IMG/VR virus record: IMGVR_UViG_3300032268_000658
DNA length: 64,000 nt
Direction: 5' to 3' (one strand)
Source of the DNA: a virus
Lineage: Duplodnaviria; Heunggongvirae; Uroviricota; Caudoviricetes
Part shown: positions 36,484-46,377 of the stretch, piece by piece
Position numbering within the stretch: the first letter of the stretch is position 1
Layout of the letters: every line of letters starts with the position of its first letter
The notes under the pieces: generated by a model
Databases searched by the model: none
Told to the model about the DNA's origin: nothing
The model's input: only the letters and a program-made list of their open reading frames with translations
Translations under genes and position numbers: made by a program

Positions 36484-36710
36484 TTCTCTAAGTTTTTAAT
36501 TTTACGATTTAAATAGAAAGATGCCTTCTTAAGGTCTTCTAATTCTTTTGCTTGGTCTTTCTTACCTGCTCTTGCAACATACTTAACTACGTTGAATAAG
36601 TAAGCGTCTTTATCTAATTCCCAAGCCTCACATACTTTTATTACTTCGTATGTGTTATCCTCACCTCCATAGTGATTTGGATGGTTTACCATCTCATTTG
36701 ATTGTGTCAT
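36480..36710 (-). CDS. DUF3310-family phage protein
   Basis: NHPNHYGG...IEVIKVCEAW...KYVARAGKK...KASFYL matches the remembered DUF3310 signature (NHPxHY...AW...RAG.K...YL). Confidence 0.5.
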   Translation of the reverse strand: MTQSNEMVNHPNHYGGEDNTYEVIKVCEAWELDKDAYLFNVVKYVARAGKKDQAKELEDLKKASFYLNRKIKNLEK

Positions 36711-36909
36711 CTGTCGGTATTTTACTGTGGTCGTATGGGTACGACTTTAATTGTTTTTTATAGTACTCTGTCTCAAGACTATCTTTAATAAATTCTAATT
36801 TATCATGAGTCATTTGTTTATTATATGAATCAATTCTTGATGTGATTATAATTGAAATTAATATCATAAATAACACACCTGCCAACATAAAAAATGAATT
36901 AATTCGCAT
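36694..36909 (-). CDS. Small membrane protein
   Basis: N-terminal TM helix FFMLAGVLFMILISIIIT. Confidence 0.4.
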   Translation of the reverse strand: MRINSFFMLAGVLFMILISIIITSRIDSYNKQMTHDKLEFIKDSLETEYYKKQLKSYPYDHSKIPTDDTIK

Positions 36910-37138
36910 TAGCTCTCTTCCCCCTTCTTGCCCTTACTTGGCCACCTTCTTGGTCAGTTACTTGTTCGGTTACTTGTTCGGTCTTTTTAACTTTACCGTT
37001 ATAGTCTTTCCACTCTGATTTTGGTACGTAACCCCAGTTACCGCCTTTTACTCTTAATTCTGCGTCTGAATCGCTAGTACGCATGATTTCTCCTAACTCT
37101 CTACCTTTAGATTGTCTAATTAATTTAATGCACTTCAT
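36899..37138 (-). CDS. Hypothetical basic protein
   Basis: ORF. Confidence 0.4.
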   Translation of the reverse strand: MKCIKLIRQSKGRELGEIMRTSDSDAELRVKGGNWGYVPKSEWKDYNGKVKKTEQVTEQVTDQEGGQVRARRGKRANAN

Positions 37139-37343
37139 TGGTTGTTTCCTCCGTGTTTAATTGGTTAATGATTATAAGGATTTCTTCATCCGATTTACCT
37201 TGACAATACAAATCATGAATGAGCACACTTGTGTCATCTTCAAAATGAAGCATGTCACTCTTGCCGTAGTATTGTTTTAGTTTTCCCTCTTTAAGGGCGT
37301 CGATACAGCTATTGAGTACGACCCATCGTTTGTTAAAACCCAT
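37125..37343 (-). CDS. Hypothetical protein
   Basis: ORF. Confidence 0.4.
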   Translation of the reverse strand: MGFNKRWVVLNSCIDALKEGKLKQYYGKSDMLHFEDDTSVLIHDLYCQGKSDEEILIIINQLNTEETTNEVH

Positions 37344-37361
37344 GAGTCAAATATAATAAAC

Positions 37362-38144
37362 TTAGTCTTCAGAGTCAAAGTTATTATTAATTTTTTCAAA
37401 ATTAACTATTTGAAATACATAAGCCATAATCTTTCTTTTCATTATGGGTACTATAGTTTCATTCATTGGTAATTTCTGAGAACATTTCATTTCAAAGACT
37501 GGAAGTTCTTTATAGAAATCAGTTTGATTCCATGTTGAAAAAGTATCAAGAATATTTGTTAATGTAAGTTCGTCAACGGGACCGTTATATATTAAATTGA
37601 TGTAAGTTTTATTATTACTTCTATCTGTTTTACCTTTTTTAATTTGATATTCCCATACATATAATGTTTCGGTTTCTCTTTCATAATAAAAAACATAACC
37701 TGAACCAGAAACTAAACCTCTTTTATTTTTCTTAAGAGTAATCTCTGTGTTATCATAAGCTATATTCCAAATAGCTTTCGCCATATTAAAAGCGTCAAAT
37801 AATTTATTACCAGAAAACTTAATTGTTTTATCTAATTCATCTTCTTCTTCTTTAGATAACAACCTTGGTTTTTTAGGTATAAGTTCTTTAACCAATATTT
37901 CATCGTCACACGATTCAAATTTTTTATTGGTAAGTAATAATGTATTCTCTTTAACTATTGATTGTAGATTTGCCAAATGAAGTGATATCTCAACAAAATC
38001 AGGATATACCTCCATCTTGTCAAAACCTTTCTCACATTTTTGTAAGTAATCCAACAATGTATATTTGTTATATTCAAAATCCAATGGTTCTTTAAACATC
38101 CATTCAGGATTAAGCTTAAACTCTATTTTTTTCTTTCTAGCCAT
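37362..38144 (-). CDS. Hypothetical protein
   Basis: ORF. Confidence 0.5.
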   Translation of the reverse strand: MARKKKIEFKLNPEWMFKEPLDFEYNKYTLLDYLQKCEKGFDKMEVYPDFVEISLHLANLQSIVKENTLLLTNKKFESCDDEILVKELIPKKPRLLSKEEEDELDKTIKFSGNKLFDAFNMAKAIWNIAYDNTEITLKKNKRGLVSGSGYVFYYERETETLYVWEYQIKKGKTDRSNNKTYINLIYNGPVDELTLTNILDTFSTWNQTDFYKELPVFEMKCSQKLPMNETIVPIMKRKIMAYVFQIVNFEKINNNFDSED

Positions 38145-38170
38145 AAATCAATTATAAAGTTAATGAATTA

Positions 38171-39931
38171 TTAATCAATTCTCATTACATAAAATAAAGT
38201 ATCATTAATATATATTTCGTCAGCGTTCCCATCGTAACTATTGATGGTATGTCCATATCCATCAGCGTCTATAACTCCTTTAATAAACTCATCTTTATCT
38301 ACGTAGTCAGACCAGTTTAATCCAAATTCTGACATGAATGACTCTGGGTCATTTTTAACATCTCTTACTAAATCTTGAACTTTATCATCTATCATATCTT
38401 CAGGAAAATCTCCTTCGGGGTCTCCCTCAATATCTTCAATATCACTACTATACTCTTCAGAAAGTTCGTTTAATTCATCAACCTTTTCTTGAATTAAATC
38501 ATCGTTCTCTCCATCCATTTGTTCTTCTAAATTTTTAATAGTTTCTGTATTATATTCAATTCTTCTATTTAAAATTTCTATTTTTTCTTCTTGTTCATTG
38601 GATAACATTCTATCACTTTCATCAAAATAAGATTCAGGATTATCTCTTACGTCAGTATCATAAACATCTTCAGCGTAATCTGCAATCGCCTCCTCATCTA
38701 AATAATCTCTTGCAAAACCAGCATTAAAACCTTCATACCCAATATCATCAATTAAACTTTCAATTGCCTCTTCACAACTTTCTTTCATTTCATCATCATC
38801 ACCAACAGCATATCTATTACCTTCAACATCGGGATTATCAATAACCTCAAATTCAGTTGTACGATAAAAACTACCACTTGGTACAATATTATAAACATCA
38901 ATATAACTTGTTGAATAATCATCCAATTCATCCTCAAGTTCTTCAATTCTGTCAAGAATATCTACTCTTGGGTCTTCACTCTCATCATATTCTGTATTTA
39001 ATCTTTCAATCTCATCCTTAATTCTTTGAATGTTAATCTTATCTTCATTGGTTATTACAGATACTTCTCGATTGCTTACTAAATAATTTAATAACGCATG
39101 AGCCTTTAATCCTTCGTCAGGGCAATCACCATTTAATGTCCATTCACCCTCTTCCCTTCTTTCTTGAGCTTCATTTCTCATCGCTTGAACTCGTTGTTGT
39201 TCTCTTAGTCTTTCAAGTCTATCTTTTTCTTTTTTGGCTGTCTCTTTGTCTGTGTAAATTTTAAGTTGTTCAGTAAATTCAGTGCTAAGATACGAATCTA
39301 TTTTAGATAATATTTCATTTAGTTTTTCTGTATTATGAATCCATCCCACTTTAACATATTCATCTTTAGCATCATAATATATTTTATCCCCATCAAATTT
39401 TCTAAGTAAAGCAATTTTATATTGAGGGTCAGTGGTTGGTTTACTCCTATCTATTATATAAAATAACTTACCATCCTCATTATATTTTTTAAAATGTGTA
39501 TCGGTCTCTGCCGCAGTACACCACTTGGTACCTTTACCATAATAACAGGATGCCTTATGGTCTAATGGATTAACAACAAAAAATCTTCCGTCATCAAAAA
39601 CAACATTCCCGCCTTCAACTTGTTTAACATCTCTTCTATTTCTATTTTCGTATATGTTAATAACATCTAAAAGTTCACTTAAATTTTGATATTGATTTAT
39701 ATCTGTTTTTGGTAAATTATTAGAAATTTTATCAAATTTATTAATGGCATCAACTAACTTTGGAAAATTCTCTTCAAAATTAATAGTATCAAAAACTTTA
39801 CCTACCCACAAAAGATATTTTGGTTTTATCTTTGAGGTGATGTCATTTAATATATTAGGTACATACTTCTGCCCGTACTTTGATTTGAAGTCATCAATCC
39901 TTCCTTCTCGTATTAATTTTAAAAAATCCAT
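38171..39931 (-). CDS. Large protein: conserved N-terminal ~250-aa domain (paralog of the 47558..48880 gene) plus a long acidic coiled-coil tail
   Basis: Shared block ..ASCYYGKGTKWCTAAETDTHFKKYNEDGKLFYIIDRS.. versus ..EAACFYGGNNQETRWCTSAPGASWFDRYIKDGPLYVIFNP..; the C-terminal half is D/E-rich. Confidence 0.55.
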   Translation of the reverse strand: MDFLKLIREGRIDDFKSKYGQKYVPNILNDITSKIKPKYLLWVGKVFDTINFEENFPKLVDAINKFDKISNNLPKTDINQYQNLSELLDVINIYENRNRRDVKQVEGGNVVFDDGRFFVVNPLDHKASCYYGKGTKWCTAAETDTHFKKYNEDGKLFYIIDRSKPTTDPQYKIALLRKFDGDKIYYDAKDEYVKVGWIHNTEKLNEILSKIDSYLSTEFTEQLKIYTDKETAKKEKDRLERLREQQRVQAMRNEAQERREEGEWTLNGDCPDEGLKAHALLNYLVSNREVSVITNEDKINIQRIKDEIERLNTEYDESEDPRVDILDRIEELEDELDDYSTSYIDVYNIVPSGSFYRTTEFEVIDNPDVEGNRYAVGDDDEMKESCEEAIESLIDDIGYEGFNAGFARDYLDEEAIADYAEDVYDTDVRDNPESYFDESDRMLSNEQEEKIEILNRRIEYNTETIKNLEEQMDGENDDLIQEKVDELNELSEEYSSDIEDIEGDPEGDFPEDMIDDKVQDLVRDVKNDPESFMSEFGLNWSDYVDKDEFIKGVIDADGYGHTINSYDGNADEIYINDTLFYVMRID

Positions 39932-40020
39932 TAATCTTTTATTTAATAAATATCTTTCGTATACTATTATTGTTCCAAGGAACTATTTATAATAATAAAC
40001 AATTAAAAAAACATAATCAT

Positions 40021-40179
40021 ATGGGATGCGGATGTAAAAATCAATCACAAGCACAGCCACAGACTGCACAACAAGTTCAATCTGCTCAAGTAGTTAAACA
40101 ACAACAGGCTGAAAGCATTAAGCAAGCTATCAAAAAGACAGTTGAGAAGTATTACAACGTTAATAAAACGACTAAGTAA
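40021..40179 (+). CDS. Small Gln-rich protein starting MGCGCKNQSQ (track start at 39970 is probably too early)
   Basis: ORF followed by a plus-strand terminator. Confidence 0.35.
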   Translation: MGCGCKNQSQAQPQTAQQVQSAQVVKQQQAESIKQAIKKTVEKYYNVNKTTK

Positions 40180-40180
40180 T

Positions 40181-40212
40181 CCATTATTAATGAATTTACT
40201 AAAGGGACAATG
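40181..40212 (+). terminator. Intrinsic terminator (plus strand)
   Basis: gggacaat-gaaa-attgcccc followed by ttttttt. Confidence 0.55.
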
Positions 40213-40216
40213 AAAA

Positions 40217-41251
40217 TTGCCCCTTTTTTTGTATTTATATGTTATGGAATATTCTTGGGATGACATTGTAGAAAAATTCAATAATAATGACTTAGACGTT
40301 CAAAAGTATTTTAACGACTATGAAACATTTTTTAATGTATTGAAGAAAAGAGGTCTTATGGGTGAAGTTGACCCTAAGAACGCCAGTGATGGTTCAATTT
40401 GGCAAAACGAATATCTTCTTTGGTTATATGAAAACGACAGAGAAAACTACTACAAATGGGTTCCAAGTTTATTAACTGATGTTATTATTGAAAATGGTAA
40501 AGCCTATTTAGAAATTTCTGATAGAGGTGATTTATCAAACTTATTCTGTGATGGAAACAGATATGACTTATCAAGAGATACTATTGAAAATATTTTATCA
40601 GGTGATGGTGATTTTTACGAACCTTACCATAACACGACTGATGATGTTTATAGAGATGTTATTGAAGAATTAACACCTGAGAACGACAAAAAACTTGGTG
40701 AATATATTGTTGATATGTTAAAAGGTCAACAAATATCTGCGGATACTGATGAACTTCAACTTATTGCATCGGAGCAAGGTCATCCAGAATATGTTGAAGT
40801 GGATATTGAAAATGTTAAAAGAATTATTGAAGATGAGGAAACTATGAAAGAATTACTTAGTGACCAACTGAGTGATTTGAAAGGTGAATTATATTCAATC
40901 CATAGTTCTGCATATAATTCTGCATATGAAAGTTCTGTTTACAATACAATATGGAGTGAATTGGGGACTTATTTTGAAGGTAATGGTGAATGGGTTAGTA
41001 AACCCCACCCATACAAGAAGAACACTGAAATTCAGTACTTTAAAATACCAATAAAAGACTTTGACGCACAAGTTAACGACTATCTATTTAATAATAAAGG
41101 GTATGGTAATTCAGGAACTTTGGAGTACCATGGAAGTTTTATTGGAATTATGAAAGAAGATAGAGATTGTTTAAACGCTCAAGCTCCTGATTATCCAGAC
41201 CATCGTGAAGTAGATAAAAACATAAATACATATTTCCAAGAGTATCTTTAA
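40217..41251 (+). CDS. Hypothetical acidic protein
   Basis: ORF. Confidence 0.5.
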   Translation: MPLFLYLYVMEYSWDDIVEKFNNNDLDVQKYFNDYETFFNVLKKRGLMGEVDPKNASDGSIWQNEYLLWLYENDRENYYKWVPSLLTDVIIENGKAYLEISDRGDLSNLFCDGNRYDLSRDTIENILSGDGDFYEPYHNTTDDVYRDVIEELTPENDKKLGEYIVDMLKGQQISADTDELQLIASEQGHPEYVEVDIENVKRIIEDEETMKELLSDQLSDLKGELYSIHSSAYNSAYESSVYNTIWSELGTYFEGNGEWVSKPHPYKKNTEIQYFKIPIKDFDAQVNDYLFNNKGYGNSGTLEYHGSFIGIMKEDRDCLNAQAPDYPDHREVDKNINTYFQEYL

Positions 41252-42042
41252 TGAACATAGTTAACAACATATTAAAAGTTCTTCAAGAGCAAAGAGGGTT
41301 TACTCCACGTAAGACTCCGCCAAAGAACATTAAAAGTATCTTAGGCCAGATTGAATTATTTGAGATGTATCCAAAGATATTTGCCCTTGTTATTAAAGAT
41401 GATAAGTTAAGAGCCAGAGTATTCATGAGATACCAAGAATTCTACGAATCAGATTCTGATTCATTTAGAGGTAAAGGTTTCAAGTGGCAAGACTACACCA
41501 AATTCTATAAAGAAAAGACCAAGAAGGATTACTTCTCATATCATGAAGATTGGGCAGGTTATAACATGCCTTGTACATCAATTGAATCTTGTATCGCCAA
41601 AATTCCTGACCTTAACTTTTATGACTTAATAATGTTTAGTGTTGTGGATACAATCAAAAACATTATAGGTGGTGATGACTATTACCTAATTGGTATTGAC
41701 CAAAGTGACGGTGAAGACCCATCACTTATTTTCCATGAGGTTGCCCACGGATTATGGTTTTCATCTTCAATATACAAAAGAAAACAATTCAACAACATTG
41801 AAAGAATGAATCCATCTTTAAGAAATACAGTTGCAAAGAAAATAACTGGAATGGGTTATGGTGAAAATGTTGTCGATGATGAGATTCAGGCCTATTTATC
41901 TACAGGTGTTGGCGACAACATGACAAGAATAAAAGATATTAAACAAGCCCAACTTCCTTTCAAAGCAGTTTTTGACTCTTATGCTGGGAAGATTAAACCA
42001 AAAAAGATTAACATCGATTGGAGTACCGATTTAGATAACTAA
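41251..42042 (+). CDS. Putative zinc metallopeptidase (HEVAH) with leader MNIVNNILKVLQEQRGF
   Basis: HExxH in ..LIFHEVAHGLWF..; leader family. Confidence 0.45.
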   Translation: MNIVNNILKVLQEQRGFTPRKTPPKNIKSILGQIELFEMYPKIFALVIKDDKLRARVFMRYQEFYESDSDSFRGKGFKWQDYTKFYKEKTKKDYFSYHEDWAGYNMPCTSIESCIAKIPDLNFYDLIMFSVVDTIKNIIGGDDYYLIGIDQSDGEDPSLIFHEVAHGLWFSSSIYKRKQFNNIERMNPSLRNTVAKKITGMGYGENVVDDEIQAYLSTGVGDNMTRIKDIKQAQLPFKAVFDSYAGKIKPKKINIDWSTDLDN

Positions 42043-42893
42043 TGAAATTTATTAATATATTATCTTCAGTTATTTCTGAACAGAAACGATTCAAGTTTGA
42101 CCCAGAAACTTATACTAAGTTATTGGTGTTAACTGATAAGTTATGGGCGAATAGAAATAAAGAATATGATAAGAAAACTCAAGTAGACTATTTTCAATTT
42201 AAAACTTCTGATGGAACCGATGCTTTAGTTAAAATATTTATCAACCCAAGATATCGTCATTTTGGTGAATTGGATTCAAGACCAAAAGGTTCAAGAGACC
42301 CAATGGATTTAGTAATGCAATTGAATCCAAAAATGTATGGCTCAAAGAAAAATTTATTTTTAACCATATACCACGAAATGTTACACGCCACTGACCCTGC
42401 TCAGTCCACAAAATTTAACAACAAATACCAATCAACATATAATGAAAAATCTGATAAAGATTATTGGGGTCACAAAATTGAGTTCAGAGCAATTACAAAT
42501 GAATTCTTAGAAGGATTGGTTAATGAATTCACAAAAAGGTCGAATAGATTAAGAAATCTTGATAATAAAAAACACTTATTAAAATCTTTAAGTAACATAT
42601 TAAATTATTTTGGCAAAGGTGAAAAACTATCTAATTTATCTTTAGATATTCTAAGTAGATTAAATGATGAAAATGTTAATGATAATAGGATTTCCAACTT
42701 ACTTGGAAATATTACTTTAGATTATCCTGGTGCAACTGATTTAATGAAAACTAATAAAGAAGAACCATATTACATCCATTACATTGAGCAAATCAAAAAA
42801 TATAACCCTGAAATTTGGCCAAGATTCCTAACAATGTTATACAATACAAAAGAAGAAATTGAAAATGTTATAAATAAAAAAGGGGTTAACTAA
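42042..42893 (+). CDS. Putative zinc metallopeptidase (HEMLH) with leader MKFINILSSVISEQKRF
   Basis: HExxH in ..TIYHEMLHATDP..; leader family; adjacent to a similar gene. Confidence 0.45.
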   Translation: MKFINILSSVISEQKRFKFDPETYTKLLVLTDKLWANRNKEYDKKTQVDYFQFKTSDGTDALVKIFINPRYRHFGELDSRPKGSRDPMDLVMQLNPKMYGSKKNLFLTIYHEMLHATDPAQSTKFNNKYQSTYNEKSDKDYWGHKIEFRAITNEFLEGLVNEFTKRSNRLRNLDNKKHLLKSLSNILNYFGKGEKLSNLSLDILSRLNDENVNDNRISNLLGNITLDYPGATDLMKTNKEEPYYIHYIEQIKKYNPEIWPRFLTMLYNTKEEIENVINKKGVN

Positions 42894-42985
42894 AATTAAC
42901 TCTTTTTTTATTTTGATAAAATATTCTTTTTATTTCTAAAAATAACTATTATTTATCCAACAATAAATAATTATCACGCTTATTA

Positions 42986-43741
42986 ATGAACTTAAAGAAA
43001 CCAGGCAGTAGAATCTTCACAACAAATTTATTTGCAGATTTTATATTATCTAAAATACCTCAAACCGAACAATCAATAATAAAAGTTATAGACTGTAATA
43101 ATTTTTACGTAATTAAAGGAAAAACAACTTCTAACGAAATATTAGATTTAGTCACTTTAACCTCAGAATTTGAAAAAAAATATTCAAATATTATTAGTGA
43201 CGTTAAAATAAGTCACACAATTGATATCATTGAATATGGTTCTAAAATGGGAGTTCAACTTGAATTGGAACACACATATCATTTTAGCGACAACTGTTCT
43301 TACACTCAATCACAAATTGATTTATTTAATTCGAATGAATCTTCTTATGGTTTTAATCACACCCCTAATGAAATTACTGATGAAGAATTAGTATTTGTTT
43401 CTGAATTCCCTCATGGATATTCATTGGCTCAAGGTAGACTTTTATATTATTACGGTAAGCACTTGTTCTATAGTGTCCCATCATCATATCTATACCATTC
43501 ATTAACATTTAAATTAAGTGCATTGAAAGATGAGGATGGTGATAATATTTTTACAGTTTTTAATTATTCATCAAACAGTTATGACGACAGACTTAGGTCA
43601 GCGATTTTAGATGTATTTGATTTTGATATGACTTGGCTAAGTACTGAAATAAAAAAAGTGGATTGGAGTATTGAACTCACAAATCCACTTGAAGAGTATT
43701 CTTTTATTAAAAAGAAAAATAAAGATTTAATACTATTTTAA
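42986..43741 (+). CDS. Hypothetical protein
   Basis: ORF. Confidence 0.5.
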   Translation: MNLKKPGSRIFTTNLFADFILSKIPQTEQSIIKVIDCNNFYVIKGKTTSNEILDLVTLTSEFEKKYSNIISDVKISHTIDIIEYGSKMGVQLELEHTYHFSDNCSYTQSQIDLFNSNESSYGFNHTPNEITDEELVFVSEFPHGYSLAQGRLLYYYGKHLFYSVPSSYLYHSLTFKLSALKDEDGDNIFTVFNYSSNSYDDRLRSAILDVFDFDMTWLSTEIKKVDWSIELTNPLEEYSFIKKKNKDLILF

Positions 43742-44037
43742 AGTAGTCCTACGTTTTTTCTGTGTTTTTTTATAATATCAACCGCCTCAGTAAGTTCATT
43801 ATAGTTTCTGTCAGGTGCGTATAAAAATGACTTATGTTTTTTGCCATCACCTTCAATAACTAATAACGCAGGTATCATATCATTATTAGTTATTTCACTG
43901 AACATATCATATTCTTTTTTATATTCGTCGATATCTCTGTCAAAAAATTCAATACCTTCTTTGGTCAACATATCTTTAAAATCCGTACAAAACGGACATC
44001 CTTTCATTGTATAAACTATAACATTTAACTCGTTCAT
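43738..44037 (-). CDS. Glutaredoxin-like protein
   Basis: CPFC active site near the N-terminus, ~99 aa. Confidence 0.7.
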   Translation of the reverse strand: MNELNVIVYTMKGCPFCTDFKDMLTKEGIEFFDRDIDEYKKEYDMFSEITNNDMIPALLVIEGDGKKHKSFLYAPDRNYNELTEAVDIIKKHRKNVGLL

Positions 44038-44042
44038 TTTAT

Positions 44043-44363
44043 TTAATTTAATAAAGAAAGAACCTGAGCTGGTTGCATTACTCCCGTTTGAGAGAAAACT
44101 TCATTTCCTTCCTTGAATATTTTTATTGTTGGTACACTTCTGATACCCAACTCTCTTGAGAATTCCATGTCAGACTCAACATCATATTTGTATACACCAT
44201 ATTTTGGTGAACCTGTAGATTCCTTAATTAAAGATTCATTTACTCTTTCAAGATTAGTTAACATAACCTTACACGGGCCACACCATACCGCAAATAAATC
44301 CAGTATGAAGTTTTCCCCTTCATTAATTTTTTGTTTGATTTCCTCTGATGTCAGTTGTTGCAT
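44043..44363 (-). CDS. Thioredoxin
   Basis: WCGPC active site, 106 aa. Confidence 0.75.
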   Translation of the reverse strand: MQQLTSEEIKQKINEGENFILDLFAVWCGPCKVMLTNLERVNESLIKESTGSPKYGVYKYDVESDMEFSRELGIRSVPTIKIFKEGNEVFSQTGVMQPAQVLSLLN

Positions 44364-44703
44364 TTTTATATTGTTTTAATAATTGTGATATGAACAAATA
44401 CAATTCGTTGTATTGTTCCGTTTTATAATAAATAGTTAAATTTGAAATTGTGTCTGTTTGTGGAATTACTCGTATCTCAACAAACAAATAAAAGTTTTGT
44501 TGGCTTTTGAAAATCACTTCCTCAAAAACTATACCCCCATTGTTTTTCATGGATGACTTTTCATAAACTCTCGATAGTTTTTTTTCACTCAAATATTTTA
44601 AGAATTCTCCTTTCAATTCATGGCAAACCATAACTGAAAAGATACCATCTTTTAATTCTAAATTTTGTATGTAATTTGGTTTGTCCATTAATAAAGAACC
44701 CAA
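44323..44703 (-). CDS. Hypothetical protein
   Basis: ORF. Confidence 0.45.
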   Translation of the reverse strand: MGSLLMDKPNYIQNLELKDGIFSVMVCHELKGEFLKYLSEKKLSRVYEKSSMKNNGGIVFEEVIFKSQQNFYLFVEIRVIPQTDTISNLTIYYKTEQYNELYLFISQLLKQYKNATTDIRGNQTKN

Positions 44704-46328
44704 TTATGTTGTGTTTCAATGTTTTTATAAGTCCATTTTAAATTATCATTCTCCCAATAAGTGTCTGATTTAAGTGTTACCCCATTCTTACACTCTTTGA
44801 TAATCTTAACGGTCTCAAATCTTTTATCTTTAATAGAAGATAATATAACCTTGTCTAATTTAAATAGAACGTCATTCCATTCTTCTCCTAACTTACCATT
44901 AAATTTACCAAGAGACTGCACTCTTATCGGGATAATATATTCTCCATTGTTAACCAACTTATATTCAACGGTCGCCCTATCCCCAAATAACCCTTTCCTC
45001 AATGACACAATGAATGAACCAGGCTTACCAATATAAGTCTTAACACAATTTGATTGTGTCATACTTTCCTCATTGTATGAGTTGCTATCCATCAACAACA
45101 CTGGTGTATACCCATCAATTTCTTTTTCAATAACTTCTTTGAAATATTCAGGGTATGTTCTGGTATAGTTTCCTTGTTTATAGAATTGAATCTTTTCCGT
45201 CCAGTCCAAATGTTCTTCTCTAAACTCTTCTTTACTATTTTCTGAATACCATCTTAAATCAGCTTCGCCATATAACCTTAATTCCGTATACATTCTGATG
45301 TGGTCATAAAACGTATATGAGTCCAAGTCATCATAAATAAAAACTCTATTGAATATTGAATATACTCTTTTAAGTTCTTCAGGGCTAATAACAGTTTTGA
45401 ACTCAGGTGGAACTATCATACATTGTAACTTACTATTAAGGAGTTTAGATATAACATCCCCATCTTGGTTCAACCAATCATCACCAAATAGGATTCTCGC
45501 ATGTTTATATAGTTCAATATTTAATGTATCACAATTATGTAGTGCCTTCTTTAATTTCTTACCTGATAGTCCTTCCTTAATCATATAAGACTCCACCAAC
45601 TTATTATTGTTCTTCTTTAATATTTTTCTTATCTCAGGTCCTACTAAAATTTGAGCATACACATAAAAATTATTTGGATATTTTACCTGTCTTTTATTCA
45701 AATAAAATCTAAATAATCTTTTGTTGAAATCTAAATTTTCAAATCCGTCTCTTTCATCAACTTCGAGCATGAATGTAGAAACCGCACGGATTGCAATTTC
45801 ATACGTGTTTACCCCATAATCAGATAAAGCGTTCTGAATAATATTTTTGATAGTGTTTATCGGTTCAGCAAAAAAGAAATTACGTCTAATCTTTTTAGCA
45901 CATTTTCTTTTCTTCTGATAATCGTGTAGATAACCATGATAAACATCTCCAGTCTTTTTATTTACGGTGATGTAATCAACATTTCGAGAGACTTTAAACC
46001 ATACATTACCCGCTCGTCTATTCCTACTACCTCTGAATACTTTGATGGATACTTTATCTTCTGTCTTCTCAATAATAACCATTACGTAAGACTTAGTTAC
46101 GTCACACATAAGATTATTATAATTTTCCCTATAAGACTCCTCATCCGTAGTGACTTTTTCTACAACGAATAATGGGTGTTTCTTTGTTGGTTGATTGAGG
46201 TTAACTAAATCACCAAATACATCCTCAGTATTAACATAAATAAAGTCCTTGTTTTGAATTGGCGTAGATGTCTTATTAAAGACACACTTATACTTCTCGA
46301 AACTTTGTTTGAATAACTCCACCTTCAT
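44688..46328 (-). CDS. PcfJ-like protein (putative)
   Basis: C-terminal ..EESMTQSNCVKTYIGKPGSFIVSLRKG.. resembles the PcfJ-family conserved block (E.sM.HCV..Y...G...I.SLR). Confidence 0.4.
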   Translation of the reverse strand: MKVELFKQSFEKYKCVFNKTSTPIQNKDFIYVNTEDVFGDLVNLNQPTKKHPLFVVEKVTTDEESYRENYNNLMCDVTKSYVMVIIEKTEDKVSIKVFRGSRNRRAGNVWFKVSRNVDYITVNKKTGDVYHGYLHDYQKKRKCAKKIRRNFFFAEPINTIKNIIQNALSDYGVNTYEIAIRAVSTFMLEVDERDGFENLDFNKRLFRFYLNKRQVKYPNNFYVYAQILVGPEIRKILKKNNNKLVESYMIKEGLSGKKLKKALHNCDTLNIELYKHARILFGDDWLNQDGDVISKLLNSKLQCMIVPPEFKTVISPEELKRVYSIFNRVFIYDDLDSYTFYDHIRMYTELRLYGEADLRWYSENSKEEFREEHLDWTEKIQFYKQGNYTRTYPEYFKEVIEKEIDGYTPVLLMDSNSYNEESMTQSNCVKTYIGKPGSFIVSLRKGLFGDRATVEYKLVNNGEYIIPIRVQSLGKFNGKLGEEWNDVLFKLDKVILSSIKDKRFETVKIIKECKNGVTLKSDTYWENDNLKWTYKNIETQHNWVLY

Positions 46329-46342
46329 GATACAAATATAGG

Positions 46343-46371
46343 AAAAATAAAATGGGGAACAAAGTCCCCCA
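46343..46371 (-). terminator. Intrinsic terminator
   Basis: tgggga-acaaag-tcccca hairpin with an A-run. Confidence 0.55.
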
Positions 46372-46377
46372 TCTTGA

